Below, piece after piece: positions 50,230-62,149 of a DNA stretch of 64,000 nt. Below the pieces are notes generated by a model. It worked only from the letters and a program-made list of their open reading frames with translations. It ran no database searches and was not told the origin of the DNA. The stretch lies in contig WELB01000012.1 of assembly GCA_009602725.1 (NCBI GenBank), forward strand, positions 804,619 through 868,618. Reading direction: 5' to 3'. The translations under genes and the position numbers were made by a program. This DNA comes from Spirogloea muscicola. Taxonomy: Eukaryota. The first letter of the stretch is position 1; each line of letters starts with the position of its first letter.

Positions 50230-50520
50230 GCCACGTGGCGAGCAGCCGCGCGGCCAGCTCCGCGCCTCGCCACCTGGCACGCCAGCGCGGCGGGGCCCGC
50301 CATGCGCGCGTCGCACGTGCTGCCAACGACCGGACGTCAGCGCTGACGTCAGCGGTGGCGCTTCGCGCCGGGGGCGCCTGTCGCGACGCGCCTGCGGCCG
50401 TCCGACGCGCCGCATCTCTCGGCGCAGTTCTCGCCGCACGACGCGGCGCGGGACCTTGTAGTGGGGATGGGGACGGCCCTGTTGCCCCAACTGGCGGCCG
50501 CCGCGTGGGCCCACGTGTTG
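50230..50520. promoter_or_regulatory. Cluster of ACGT-core (G-box / CRE / ABRE-like) palindromes upstream of the HIPL1 fusion gene
   Basis: GCCACGTGGC 50230-50239, GCACGTGC 50313-50320, GACGTCAGCGCTGACGTC 50333-50350 overlapping TGACGTCA 50344-50351, and CCACGTGT 50511-50518. Confidence 0.45.
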
Positions 50521-50619
50521 GGGCGCTTGCAACCGCCGCAAGCATCTCGTGCACCCCGGCCACACCTCAGCACGACGGCGGCTCGTTGACCGCCGCTGGC
50601 CCTCCAAGCTTGCTTTCTG

Positions 50620-53600
50620 CGCCATCCGGCCTTTTCTGGCTTTGCCAGCCCCTCTTCTCTATGGGCACCACTTCTTCTTTCAGACCTTGTCCATTCCTTT
50701 GGGCTGGCCTCTCACAGCCACTGCTGTCAACTTGGAAGCGCTGTATACCAATACGACCACCGTCTCGGCCTGGCCTGCCTTTTGCCGCTCAGATGCCTTG
50801 TCAAGTCGTTTCTTCTTTCTCTTTCGAGCTGGCTTTTCCACAGCCCTCGCCCCCTTTGGATGAGCTCACTTTCCTGACGCCTCTTTGCCTCCATGTCGGA
50901 GAGAAGAAAGGGCGATGGCTGTGAAAGGCAGCTGCGCAGAAAAGGAGATACAAATGGAGAGGTACAGGAGCTTCTCTTTACGCCATCTGGGGTACGCAGG
51001 CAGGTTCCGTGCTGCGGGCTCGATGGCCCAGGTTTCTCAAATGCGCCTTTCCACCTCGCTGCTGAGGTCCCAGGCGTTCGTTTGCCTTGCAGCTGCTTGC
51101 TGGCCGTTGCATTGGCTGCCGCCTTCAGTGGCGCCTGTACATCCCTTCTCCTAACCATTTCTTAGTCACGTCCAAGTATTGACTTAGGGAGGCTGAGTCA
51201 CCGGTGCCTAGCCAAATCTTTCTGCTAGTCTGCGCTTCCTTTGTCGTCGTCTCCCTATAGCTTTGCCCGACCATTTATGCTTGGCAAGAAGAGAAGTGGC
51301 TCTTTCAAAGGGGGCAAGGGCTGTGAACAGCCGGCCCAAAATAATACAAGGTCCGAAGGGGCCAAAAGTGCTGTTGCAGAGCTCGGGTCGGATGGATCAA
51401 TTAGTAACCACGACTGAGGCGCCGTAATCCGAAGGACGAGCAGCTGGATTGCAATCCCCTGACGGAACCCAGAGGCTGCAGCTAGAGCACGGCCAGCACG
51501 TAGGTGCATGGCGTGGGCCATGGACCGCTGGAGGGAGATGGAGAGGCGCATGCTATGAACTTGAGCTAGCGAGCCAGCGGCGTTGAAGTCAGCCTGCTCA
51601 CCTCGCCTGCGGGACACAGCGCGCCGCAGAGGAGCACCTGTCAGGCGGCCTGCTGGCCTCTACTGGCTCACCAAAGCAAAGCAACCGCGGGGGCTCTTGC
51701 TCGGCGACAAGACTCTGCGGCCCCAAGGTCACAGCTGGAGCAGCCGACGCCCGACACCGCCGTTGGTCTCCGGTCGTCTGCGCCGGCGGCGCAGACGGGG
51801 ACTTGACAGTCGGGCCCCGGCAAGTGTACCGCATGCGCTTGGCCGTCTCGCTGCAGAGGTCTATGGCCCGCGCGCTGCACCTGCGTGCAGGCGGAGCCCT
51901 CACTGCTGCCTCTGGCTCTGGCCTGGGGACCCGCTTCCAGGGACCCAGTCTCTCTGACCTGAGGCTGCTTAGCAGGGGTTACTGAGTGCTTCGTAGCTGT
52001 TTCGTTTCTTTTTTGTGCTTGTTGTTCTTCGTACTTCCCCTGGCTCGGCTTCTGACTCGGGGTTACTCAGAGCCCATATGCTGTATCCACTGGCATCGCT
52101 GTATCACTTCAGCACCTTCGGCCCTTTGAGCCTTGTCCATTTCTGGGCTGGCTTTCCACAGCCCTCGCCCTTTTTTAAGAGAGTATACTTCTGCAGTGTG
52201 GGACGTGGGCTTGCTGCTGTAGATGCACTTTTCCTCACTTTCCCAGTCGCAAGCTACTCTGACATGCGGCTACTAAGTGGAGGTTATCATGTATTCATCC
52301 TCTTTGGCACTTGCTGAGCTGTGTGCTTCAGCACTTTTCGGCCCTTTCGGACCTTGTCAACATTACTTCGGGCTGGCTTTTCAAGGCCTTCGCCCCCTTC
52401 TGGAAGAGCCACTTTCTTGCGCAGTTGCCATAGCTGTGTGATTCAGCGCTTCGGGCCTTTTCGGACCTTGTCCATTCAATAGCCTCCCACATTCATCCCC
52501 TGTAAATCAGATCTCGTTCTCAAGGCTCCCTGTATGCATTCGCTGGCTTTTGTAGCCGCCCCTTATGGTAGCAGGCGCTTCTTTTAGGGCTGGCCTCTGT
52601 CAGCCCCAAATCTCTATGGGCGCGCAATTTCTTTCTACCCTGTGACGTGCTTCTCCGGGCAGCCCCGGCGACCGAGCCTGCGCTGCTGCTGAGGGCCCTC
52701 ATGGACAGCCTGTGGGACGAGTGCTTGGCGGTGCTGGCGCGCGCCGCTGCGATGTCAGATACTTCGCCAGCTTTGGCTACGACTTGTGCCGCCCGCCAGT
52801 GGTGCTGCCTGGTCAAAGCTGCCGTCTAAAATTTCCAGCTTTGTGGACCTTGTCTATGGGCGAGCCATTTCTTGTTCATTCTTTTGTGGGTTGGCTTGTC
52901 CCAGTCCACGCCCCCTTAAGAGCTGATTTTGTTTCCAGGTGCTTCAGGCTTCCTACTGGTCAGAGAAGGGCTCGCCCATTGAGGATAGAAGATAGGGGCC
53001 GGGAAAAGCCAGCCCAAAAAAGAATGAACAAAGTACGAGAAGGGGCCAGGGGAAGAAAGTGCTCGCCCATAGAGAAGAGGGGCTGGCAAAGCCAGCCCAT
53101 CTTCTAAAGTCCCAAGTCAGAGAAAGAGGAGCCGAACAAGCACTTAGAAAAACAAGCAGAAGAAGAACCTAAGCAACTACGAAGCACTCATTAACAACTT
53201 GTAACTGTTGACAAGGGCGGGTTATTAAGCGGATTTCCTCATGTTTCCTCTTGCGGGTTTACTTGCTTTCCTGAGTGATCTCCATCTTTTCCGGATCTGT
53301 CAGACCTAGTTCAGTCTTTTCTTCAGACCTATATCTCCTTTTGGGCTGGCTTTTCACATTTGAGGCTCCTCATTCGTAACTACTTAGTGGTCCATCCTCC
53401 CCCGTTCTGACATAGCATCTTCAGGCCCCTTCGTAGCTGCTTAGCGCTTTTTAGGCCCCTCCGTCGTTTGGCCCCTTCGAACCATTGTCAATTCTTTTCG
53501 GGCTGGCTTTTCACAGCCCTTGCCCCCATTGGGAGTTCCACTTCTCTTTTCACAGCCCTTGCCCCCAGTGGAAGAGCCACTTGGGGCTGGCCTTCTTCTA

Positions 53601-55670
53601 CAGCCCATGCTCGCGCTCTTTGGAAGCCGCTCCTTTTTGAAAGAGCATGTTTTACTTTGAAAATTCTGCTCTTTCTGACGGCTGGCCCTTACTTTTCTTT
53701 TACGGCACCTTCTTGGGCGTTGGATGTTGTCCATTCTTTTTGGACTGGCTTGGACCTGCCGGCCAAGCTTGCGCGGCGCGCTGTCCCGCAGGCGAGGTGA
53801 GCCGGCTGACTTCAACGCCGCTGGCTCATGGGCCCAGGTAGAAGGAACCTCGCCCTACACACGCAGTTAGGGTGAGCAGTCCTTCTTGAGTTCGGCTGTG
53901 GGGGTTTTAGGGACCAACCCACTACACAGGCAAAGCACTAGCGCATAGGCGCAGCGGAAGACAGGCCCCGTGGCGCCGCCGTCCGGCGGCGACTCCACCT
54001 CCTGGGCGCAGGCCGGCGCAGCAGGCCCCGCAGCAAGGTGCGGCGGCGGCTGCGGCGGCGAGCAGCGGCAAGGCTGCTCCTGGGCTTCACCGGCTCGAAC
54101 TCCCCCCGAGCCTCGGCCCCCAAGGCTCTGCGTGCTTCCCCGTGCCACCCCCCCCTCCAGGGGTGTGAGCGGGTCGCCCTATGGCCTGCCAGGCGGCGGG
54201 CCAAAGATCCTCCCTTGAACGGGCGGATCCTAGCGAGGGTATTCCTGGACGGGCGGGGCCCGCCTCTGGGCGGGCCACTTGCCCGGCAAGTCAGCCCGCC
54301 ACCTGGCGGGCCCACTTGTCCCAAATAGCCGGTCATGTGATGCCAACAGAGCCACTTGGCTTAACCAAACGGCTGGTTCATTACACCAGGGGACCCGCTT
54401 CCAGGAACCCAGTCTCTCTGACCTGAGGCTGCTTAGCAGGGGTTACTGAGTGCCTCGTGGCTGCTTAGTATCTTCTTGTGCTTGTTTTTCTTAGTGCTTC
54501 CCCTGGCCCCTTCTCGTCCTTTGTTCATTCTGTTTTGGGCTGGCTTTTTCCAGCCCCTATCCTCAATAGGCGAGCCCTTCTTCTTAAGTCTATCGCATGC
54601 GGTTGTCAGTCTCCCTTCAGCGGTGCATGGCACATGCCTTGCATCTGCGTGCTGGCCGGGCTCTCGCTGCAGCCTCTGGCTGTCGCCAGGGGATTGTTTT
54701 CCCGCTAGTCTGTCGGATTTGAGGCTCCTCACTCGTCACTCCTCCACCCGTTCTGCCATATCGCTTTAGGCGCTACTACTAGAGGTACTGCGATTCCAGT
54801 ACTGAGAGTCCCCTTTGCTGCTGTCTTAGTACTTAGCACACCGGCTCCTTCAGACCTTGTCCAATTTATTGGGCTGGCCTCTCCCAGCCACCAGTCAATC
54901 TGTCCGCGCTTTTGTCCGTTTCTAGGCCCCTCCGTCATTTGGCCCTACAAACCTTTGTCAATGCCATGCAGCAGGGTCGCTAGCGCAGGTGTACCGCATG
55001 CGCTTGGCCGTCTCGCTGCAGAGGTCTATGGCCCGCGCGCTGCACCTGCGTGCAGGCAGAGCCCTCGCTGCTGCCTCTGGCTCTGGTCAGGGGACCCGCT
55101 TCCAGGAACCCAGTCTCTCTGACCTGAGGCTGCTTAGCAGGGGTTACTGAGTGCTTCGGAGCTGCTTCGTTTCTTTTCTGTGCTTGTTGTTCATCGTACT
55201 TCCCCTGGCCCCTTGTCGTCCTTTGTTCATTCGTTTCTGGGCTGGCTTTTTCCAGCTCCTATCCTCAATGGGCGAGCCTTTCTTTGTCAATTCTTTTCAG
55301 AGCAAGCGCGGCCAGATTAACTGGTGGCTGGGAGAGGCCAGCCCAAAAGAATGGACAAGGTCTGAAGGAGTCGGAGTGCTAAGGACTGAGACAGCAGTAA
55401 GCGAACTCTCAGTAACCTCTCGTCAGTAGATGCAAGTCTGAGTAGCTAGCAGGCGGGCTTTTCGGGCTGGCTTTTCACAGCCCTTGCCCCCACTGGGAGA
55501 GCCACTTCTTCCGCTTGGCCAGCACCTCTTCTTTAAGGGCGCGCCATTCTCTTCCAGTCAGCGGCGCGGGCAGCAGCTTGGCAGTGTTGTTCATATCTCT
55601 ATATCTGGGCTGGCTAATCACAGCCATCGTCCTAAAATAGAGCCGTTTCCTTTAAGTGGAAGAGACTTCC
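50620..55670. mobile_element. Dense cluster of CRE-like non-LTR retroelement 3' fragments on both strands
   Basis: Many copies of the RMRLAVSLQRSMA.../LLSRGY* peptide end (e.g. 51290-51625 minus, 51810-52050, 54975-55285) and of the GGGCTGGC...CAGCCC 3' hairpin. Confidence 0.87.
52698..52829 (+). pseudogene. Isolated F-box motif fragment
   Basis: LMDSLWDECLAVLARAAAMS...AARQWCCLVKAAV* aligns by eye with IESLPDECLTAVLARAAAR...CRRWRRLAKAAI of the F-box gene at 40172. No LRR continuation. Confidence 0.65.
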
Positions 55671-55974
55671 TCTTTTGTCGTAGCTGTCGAGAACCAGCGG
55701 GGGCAGTATTAGCTGTCGGTGAGCGGGCAGGCAACCGGGACCTGACGGCAGCCGCCCCGTGCCCGTCTACCTCGATCACCGCCACGGAGAAGACGGTGTT
55801 CGGCACTCCCAAAGCGGCAATTAGAGGGAAGACGCTTCCAGTTAGGAGCCGTCACCCGTCGAGAAAGCGGCAGTTCAAGTCCCGCGCGGCGACCAGGCTT
55901 GGCGCTTGTCCCCCCCCTCCGCCGCGCGCCGCGCCGCGTTCCCCGCCGCGGCTCGCGGCGCGTCTCGCGGCGCC

Positions 55975-57833
55975 ATGGCGGCCTCGCCACTCGACGACGC
56001 CGTCGCGGGCCCGAGCGCGTCCGGCCCGCCCGCTGCCGTGGCCCGTCGCGGGCGCTCAAGTTCCGAGCTTGAGGCGGAGTCAGCTCCTTCTGGCAGGAGC
56101 TGACTTCTCAGCTCGCGCGCACACTTACCGCCCGGGCTCTCCGTCGCGCGTGGCCCGCCAGGCCAAGGAGCTCCACGTCGACGCCGCGCTCCTCAGCACC
56201 ATACGTAACGCCATCAGGTACGCGCGCCCGCAGCAGTGCCGGCGCGACGGCTGCCAAGCTCCCCAGGCACAGGAGCTTGCTGAGCGAACCAAGGCCGAGC
56301 ACGCCGTCGAGTGCCACCGCAGGCGCGCGGCAGGAGGTGGCGCTGAAATCAAGACGATGTCAGTCAGCTTTCAACAGGCGACTACTGACCAGACATGTTA
56401 TTGGCTCTGTCTGGCGGTGCGGCCGGGCCTTTGGACATTGGATAATGTGCTTGCTGTGCGTTATGCAGGGCTGCAGGCAACATGGTGACGTTGAAGCCGT
56501 CCAAGGGCCTCGCAGGCGACCGTATGGTCTATGCAGGCGATGTCTCAGCGGAAGGAGCTGCTGAGCTGAACCAGGTAGCAGACCAACTCCGCGTCAGTTG
56601 CCTGTTGAGGTCACAGGAATGTTGCCTTCATTGTGGCGCTCGATGGCTTCAGTCATTGTGAAGCAGCAGCCTAAGTGGTCAAGAGGTCAATGAAGCCTTG
56701 CAATGCTCGCGTACTGGGTTTCCTCGCTGTTCATTCTGTTCTTGCAACAGAGCCCTGGTGCCTGTTAAGAGCGTGCAGGAGCACCGTAATGATGAGCCTT
56801 TGTCATTGTGTCGCAGCTAAAGCCTCTCTTGTACCTCGAGCACCACCCCAGCACCCGCTCGGCCAGCATCAAGGTAGAGCAACATCTGCAGAGCATGCAA
56901 ATCATCATACGTCTGAGCTTCTGTCAGTTACAGAGACTTTGAGCAGTTGTATAAGTCTGGTGCAGGCACGCAGATGAATTGACCTTTTGAAGACACAGTC
57001 GAAGAGGCCATTCTCAGCTCTTGCAGAAGCATCAATTGTTTCTGGCAACTGGGGTCAATACTTGGACATGAGGGGCCGCTGCTGCTAGGCGCCAGTCAGG
57101 GGGAAACTCTTGCAGATGTGATGGTTGTGCGCTTCTGTAAGCACCAGGCTTGCTCACACTCTTGGCGAGTGGTGCGGTGCTCGGCAGGATGGTGCCACTG
57201 GCGAGGTCATCATGCTTCTTGTGCGTGAGCACAACGACTACCCGTGGCACTCGGGCGACAACTACCGCTGCTCAGTTGGAGGCGCTACGGAGGTGCGACT
57301 GTATGCCAATGGGCGGCCAGTGGGGGTGCAGTTTGTCAAGGACCGCCTGTTCGCTGCCCTTTCATCTCAGGTACTCCAATGCTCTCTGACAGTAATGCCA
57401 GAGGTTCGTCTAGTAATGGTCCTCTGAAATGATCCCTTCTGTCTACTTTATAGACAGAAGAGACATAGCACAGTGTAGCAAGTGCTGGGGTAGAGGTTTT
57501 CGTTTAGAGGAGGGGAGATATTGACTGTCCACTGTGCTGCAGGTTGACGGCTCAGAGCGGCCAACTCTTGGTCCGAGCATGGTGGAACTCCAGAAGTCCA
57601 AAAATGGAAACAGCTTCGTATTCACTGCAAAGAAGAGAGAGGGAGAGCCTGGGGAGGAGGTTGGCACTTATTTAGGCGTGAAGAGCTCCGCTGTTTTGCG
57701 CTTGAGGGGAACCACCGGCGTCGATCCCATTGTTCTGATTGTGCTGAGCTGGTTCAGCGTGAAAGCGCACGTCGGCGGCGTGAAGGGCGAGATTGGACAT
57801 GCTCCATCAGGCCCAGAGACCTTGCATGAATAA
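55975..57833 (+). CDS. Uncharacterised protein, possibly Tubby-C/LURP-one/scramblase-like beta-barrel, about 6 exons
   Basis: Phase-compatible GT-AG exons: AKELHVDAALLSTIRNAIR|AAGNMVTLKPSKG...ELNQ|LKPLLYLEHHPSTRSASIK|DGATGEVIMLL...SSQ|VDG...SAVLRLRGTTGVDPIVLIVLSWF...LHE*. The terminal strand-GVD-hydrophobic helix pattern suggests the fold; the fold call is weak. Confidence 0.65.
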
Positions 57834-58697
57834 AAGCCCAGACCTTCAGTACAGGCTGTGCCATCATCAGCACAGAATGATCAAGCTGGAGGGCTCTGTG
57901 AAGCTCTTTCGCCATGGATAAATATGCAAAGCGGTGGTCCGACATGTCTTTTATATGTTGTGCAGTAATAGGGATTCACAGTGTCCATTTTCGTTAGGCG
58001 TACCAGATCTGGCTGGGGTCCTCTGATAATAAATGACTGCCTTGTTGAGGTTGTCAAATCTCTGACATTAGGCCCTGTGTGGAGATTTCCATAATTGAGC
58101 GACCAAAGCCGTGCTAGTATGTGTTTGGCTGATGCGCTACTTGCAGTAGTGCAGTATTTAGCCAGGCCTGGAGCGCGTGCACTTGTATGCAACATTGCAT
58201 ATTCGGTGGTATGTCATAAGGCGAGTAGGTGGGAGCTTTGCGGAGGCGTGGAGACAACTAGTTAAGCAGCACATTAATAGGTGTGCATCACAGAAGGAGA
58301 GTTGGATGTCAAGTATGGCAGTGTGGCGTAGCACTTGTCACTTTAATGCAGGTCAAGTGGCTGCCTTCCTGCTTGCGCGATACAGGGCATCCTTGTGAAT
58401 GGGAGTGATGCACACACTTCCAGTACTGGGTAACATCTATTTGAGGAGCGAAGGAGCACAGTGGATTGCGGGTGGAAAGAGCAGTTGCAGGGCAGAGAAG
58501 CGATGGTGGTGCAGGGTCTACCAGCAGCTCCATGCGCCTCGTGGAGTCCGGGGGTCTCAAGTGTCACCGTTACATGGGCGGCCAACTCCTGGCTGCAGGC
58601 ACTGTGGTACGATGAATCTATCCACCGCGACGGTAACTTGCGGCGAAGGTGGTAGCGAGAAAGAGACTCTTCCAGTACAGGGCGATGGCTGTAATAG

Positions 58698-58891
58698 AGA
58701 AGGGCTCGCCTATTGAGGATAGGGGCTGGAAAAGGCCAGCCCAGAAAAGAATGAACAAAGGACGAGAAGGGGCCAGGGGAAGTACGAAGAACAACAAGCA
58801 CAGAAAAGAAACGAAGCAGCTACGAAGCACTCAGTAACCCCTGCTAAGCAGCCTCAGGTCAGAGAGACTGGGTTCCTGGAAGCGGGGCTCC
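58698..58891 (-). mobile_element. 5'-truncated CRE-like element (subfamily C) with a 12-bp target-site duplication
   Basis: Flanked by tggctgtaatag at 58686-58697 and 58892-58903; near-identical to the copies at 33900-34120, 38789-38994 and 55090-55285. Confidence 0.9.
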
Positions 58892-58961
58892 TGGCTGTAA
58901 TAGGCTTAGCCCGGACAAAGATGTAACATTAGAACCCCTTCGGCAGCCTGCGACGGCTGCC

Positions 58962-61420
58962 ATGGCGGCCCTGCCCGCCGCCGCCGCTGCCGCCGCCGCC
59001 GCCGGCAGCGGCGGCTGCAGTGGCGGCNNNNNNNNNNNNNNNNNNNNNNNNNNNNNNNNNNNNNNNNNNNNNNNNNNNNNNNNNNNNNNNNNNNNNNNNN
59101 NNNNNNNNNNNNNNNNNNNNNNNNNNNNNNNNNNNNNNNNNNNNNNNNNNNNNNNNNNNNNNNNNNNNNNNNNNNNNNNNNNNNNNNNNNNNNNNNNNNN
59201 NNNNNNNGGCCACGGGCGCAGACGCCGCCGCTGCAGGTCCGAGCCCGCCGCCGCCGCCGTCGCCGCCGCCGCCGCCGGCGCAGATGCGCTTAGGAGCGGC
59301 TCTCATCCTGGCTTGCAGCACCGACGGGCTGCCGCTCGGCAGGGCGACGACGAGCCCATCGCGGCCGCCGTCTCGGCAATGTAGGCCACCATAGCCACTT
59401 CCCCATGACCGCTAGAGCTGAGGCTAGCGCCCGGCGCTTGTGCCGGCGGCAGCAGCGGCGCTGGCAGCTGGCGGCGACGGCGGCACGCGCGAAGTGGAGT
59501 TCCGGTGGGCCGGCGGCGGCGACGACGTGCGGCTCACGGGCGACTTCTGCGGCTGGGGCGCGCAGCTGCCCATGGCGCGCGCCACCGACGGCGCCGCCTT
59601 CACGCTCAAGCAGGTCCGCCCAAATCAGAAGCGTCACCAAATAGACCTCTGAGGTCCGCCCGAAAAGCAAAGCCAAATGGGACTCGAACCTGCATCTTCC
59701 AATGGATCCGCTGCGCGCCTGAAACTACGTTGCAGAGCCTGGCGCCGGGGACGTACAGCTACAAGTTCATCGTGGACGGCCGATGGCGGCACGCCGCCGA
59801 CCAGCCCAGCACTGGCGACGGCGTGGACGGCTTCAACAACACCATCACTGTCGAAGGTGAGCGGGTGCTCCCTCTCAGCCCAGAATCGGCTGAGTAGCAC
59901 TTATGGGCTGGCCCGCTTAACGTCCTGTGGTGATGATGCCCAAGTAGCAAAATCAAAGTCAGCTGATTTGGCCCTTGCAGCTGCATCAGCGCTTCACTTG
60001 CGAGCACAATGGGTCAGATTCGTCTGTGAATATTTAATGTATGTGAGCACTAATGTGCAGCCTGTGCTGCATTAGTGCGTCAGCTCACACCTTGCTGCCA
60101 ATGCCGCAGCTCCACCTCTTGCCAGTGTCGAGGAGAAGGTCCCAGTGAAACCAGCACAGGGTGCCTCAGAAGTGGAAGCCAAGGAGGCGCTGCCCTCCGG
60201 TGGTAGCGCTCTGCCACAAGCGCCACCTGAGCAGAAGGAGGCAGACAGCCTTCCGAAACAGCCACCGTCGCCCTTGCCTACTGACAAAGGCAGCGAGGAC
60301 AATGGCAAGCCGGCTGTGAAGGTAGTGACTGGCGAGGCCATTGCCGCTGCCAAGGCTGACGAGAAGAAGCCCGCTGGGAAGAGGGCAGGGAAGAAGGCCA
60401 CTGTTGTGCGGCCCATTGGGGAGGTCATGAATGGCGAGGTCATTCCTCAGCTCGCGGCGGCACTAGAGAAGGAGCCGGACGTGAGCAGTGTCGACCTCAC
60501 ATTTGCTGACAACCAGGTGAGGAGAGACACCTAGGTCTTCTGAACCTTCTAGCAAGAGCAGAGGCTGCCACGTCTTTTGGCTGGTCACTACATAGGCACA
60601 GGAGCAGCTGGGGGGATTCCCCTCTACCTGACAGAGTGCTTGCCCAGCCCAAGCTAGACAGCAGGCGCAGGAGTCTATATGCTCATAATACGCGTGCTGA
60701 GGTCTTCCAGCAACTGCAGATGACAAGGCAGATCATTGTGTTTCCACCAAGGGGCTGATCCGCTGGCTTGCATTGGCCTCCAACTGCTGGAAATCCTGCT
60801 GCTTTAGTTCTAAGATTGAGGCAGGGCAAACTTTGTGAGAGTGGACGGGGTTGACAATCATATCTGCGAGGCAGTATCCTCATCTATGCAAGCGGGGCTC
60901 TTTCCAGTGATGTAAGCCGCAAACGCTAAGCATTCAAAGCTCCTCGTGTTGCCTTGTGTCAACCTGCAGTTGCGCGGCAGCTTTGTCAAGGGGCCCGTCC
61001 CCTACTGCTTCTGGGCCTACTTTCCAAGCGGCACTCTTGAAGGTACCTCACTCGCATTGTCTTGTCAGGCCCGCTCATAAGCTGGCCATATCTTACGTAT
61101 GGAGGGTTCTGTGCTGACCACTACTGACACGATCAGCATTGGCTAGCTACCTTATCTTGTGGCTGCTCTTGTGTGGTCAGCATGAGGACAACACCTGGCA
61201 TCTTTGCTGCTCGTCAAGCTTGTAGCTCGTTCATAACCCCTTGCTAATTGACACTCTCGGTCCAATCACAGGCCCACGCGGCTTCTCGTTGACGTCCCAC
61301 GGCGGGACACCAAGTACTGTGGAGCCTTTCTTGATTGACGAGCGCAAGATCACGGCCGAGCTGCTCGTGTTCTGGGTACGCAAACGCCTCTTTGCACAGA
61401 AGATATTATCTCTAAATTAG
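58962..61420 (+). CDS. Putative plastid protein: transit-peptide-like N-terminus + CBM48 (AMPK-beta-type glucan-binding module) + Pro/Lys/Ala linker + NdhV (DUF2996) domain
   Basis: CBM48: REVEFRWAGGGDDVRLTGDFCGWG...|SLAPGTYSYKFIVDGRWRH...GFNNTITV. NdhV: EVMNGEVIPQLAAALEKEPDVSSVDLTFADNQ|LRGSFVKGPVPYCFWAYFPSGTLE|GPRGFSLTSHGGTPSTVEPFLIDERKITAELLVFWVRKRLFAQ. Exons 59453-59613, 59736-59856, 60110-60516, 60970-61042 and 61272-61420 join in phase. The 5' exon is interrupted by a gap. Confidence 0.88.
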
Positions 61421-62149
61421 TCCATTGCCCTGGCCTTTATCAGCCTGTGTCACGCATAAGAGATGCTGTCATGGACTGCTTACCGCAATGCCGGGAAAAT
61501 CTGACAGGCAGGCTGCCACCGATTCTTTCATGCACCAACACGACGACAATTTTGACCACTCAGAAACTTAGGACTCTGTGCTCTAATGTACCTGCTTTTC
61601 TTCACTTTTGATGTATCCAACTGCTGTGGCAGTGGCATTTGACTATTGCTCGTAGACGACTGACTATGAATGCTCTGTGATTGGGCAGCAAATTAAGACA
61701 GCCTATGCATAAAATACACACTTGCACCACGAGTATGCGCGTGTTCATGTTCAGAGCAGCATATTAAGGCTGGCATCCGTGAAGTCCATCATACTGTTAA
61801 TGGCAGCTCGAAGAACATGGGACGTTTTTGAAATTCACACTCCTCAGTGAAGTACGTTAATTTGTAGTGCTTAAATTTGCATCTTGGCTCCTCGAAGACA
61901 TTGCGACAGGTGCACAGGCTAGAGTCCTGAGACCCACTCTTGCACCAATATGTGCAAGTCAAGCTATGGGGAAGTGAAGATAACTACCAACATGGGAAGA
62001 TTAAGCTATGGAGTGGGGTAGCAAAAACAGCTACTGGTTACCCAACTTCCATGTGCAAAGAAGAAACCAGCATAGCTGCAGAAAAGTCTGCCGGCTTGTA
62101 TAACAAGCTCCACCTTAGCAGAGCCTACACGTCCTCGCTAACAGGCTCG

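Noticed and set aside
46600..50924. Long plus-strand Arg/Gly/Ala-rich ORFs opposite the HIPL1 fusion (also opposite the BAG and CCT genes)
   Set aside because: Shadow ORFs expected from GC-rich codon usage; no recognisable motifs.
50620..55670. Recurrent GGGCTGGC...CAGCCC palindromic repeat as a CRISPR array or bacterial terminator/REP
   Set aside because: Spacing is irregular, copies are on both strands, no cas genes are present and the context is eukaryotic. Retroelement 3' ends explain it.
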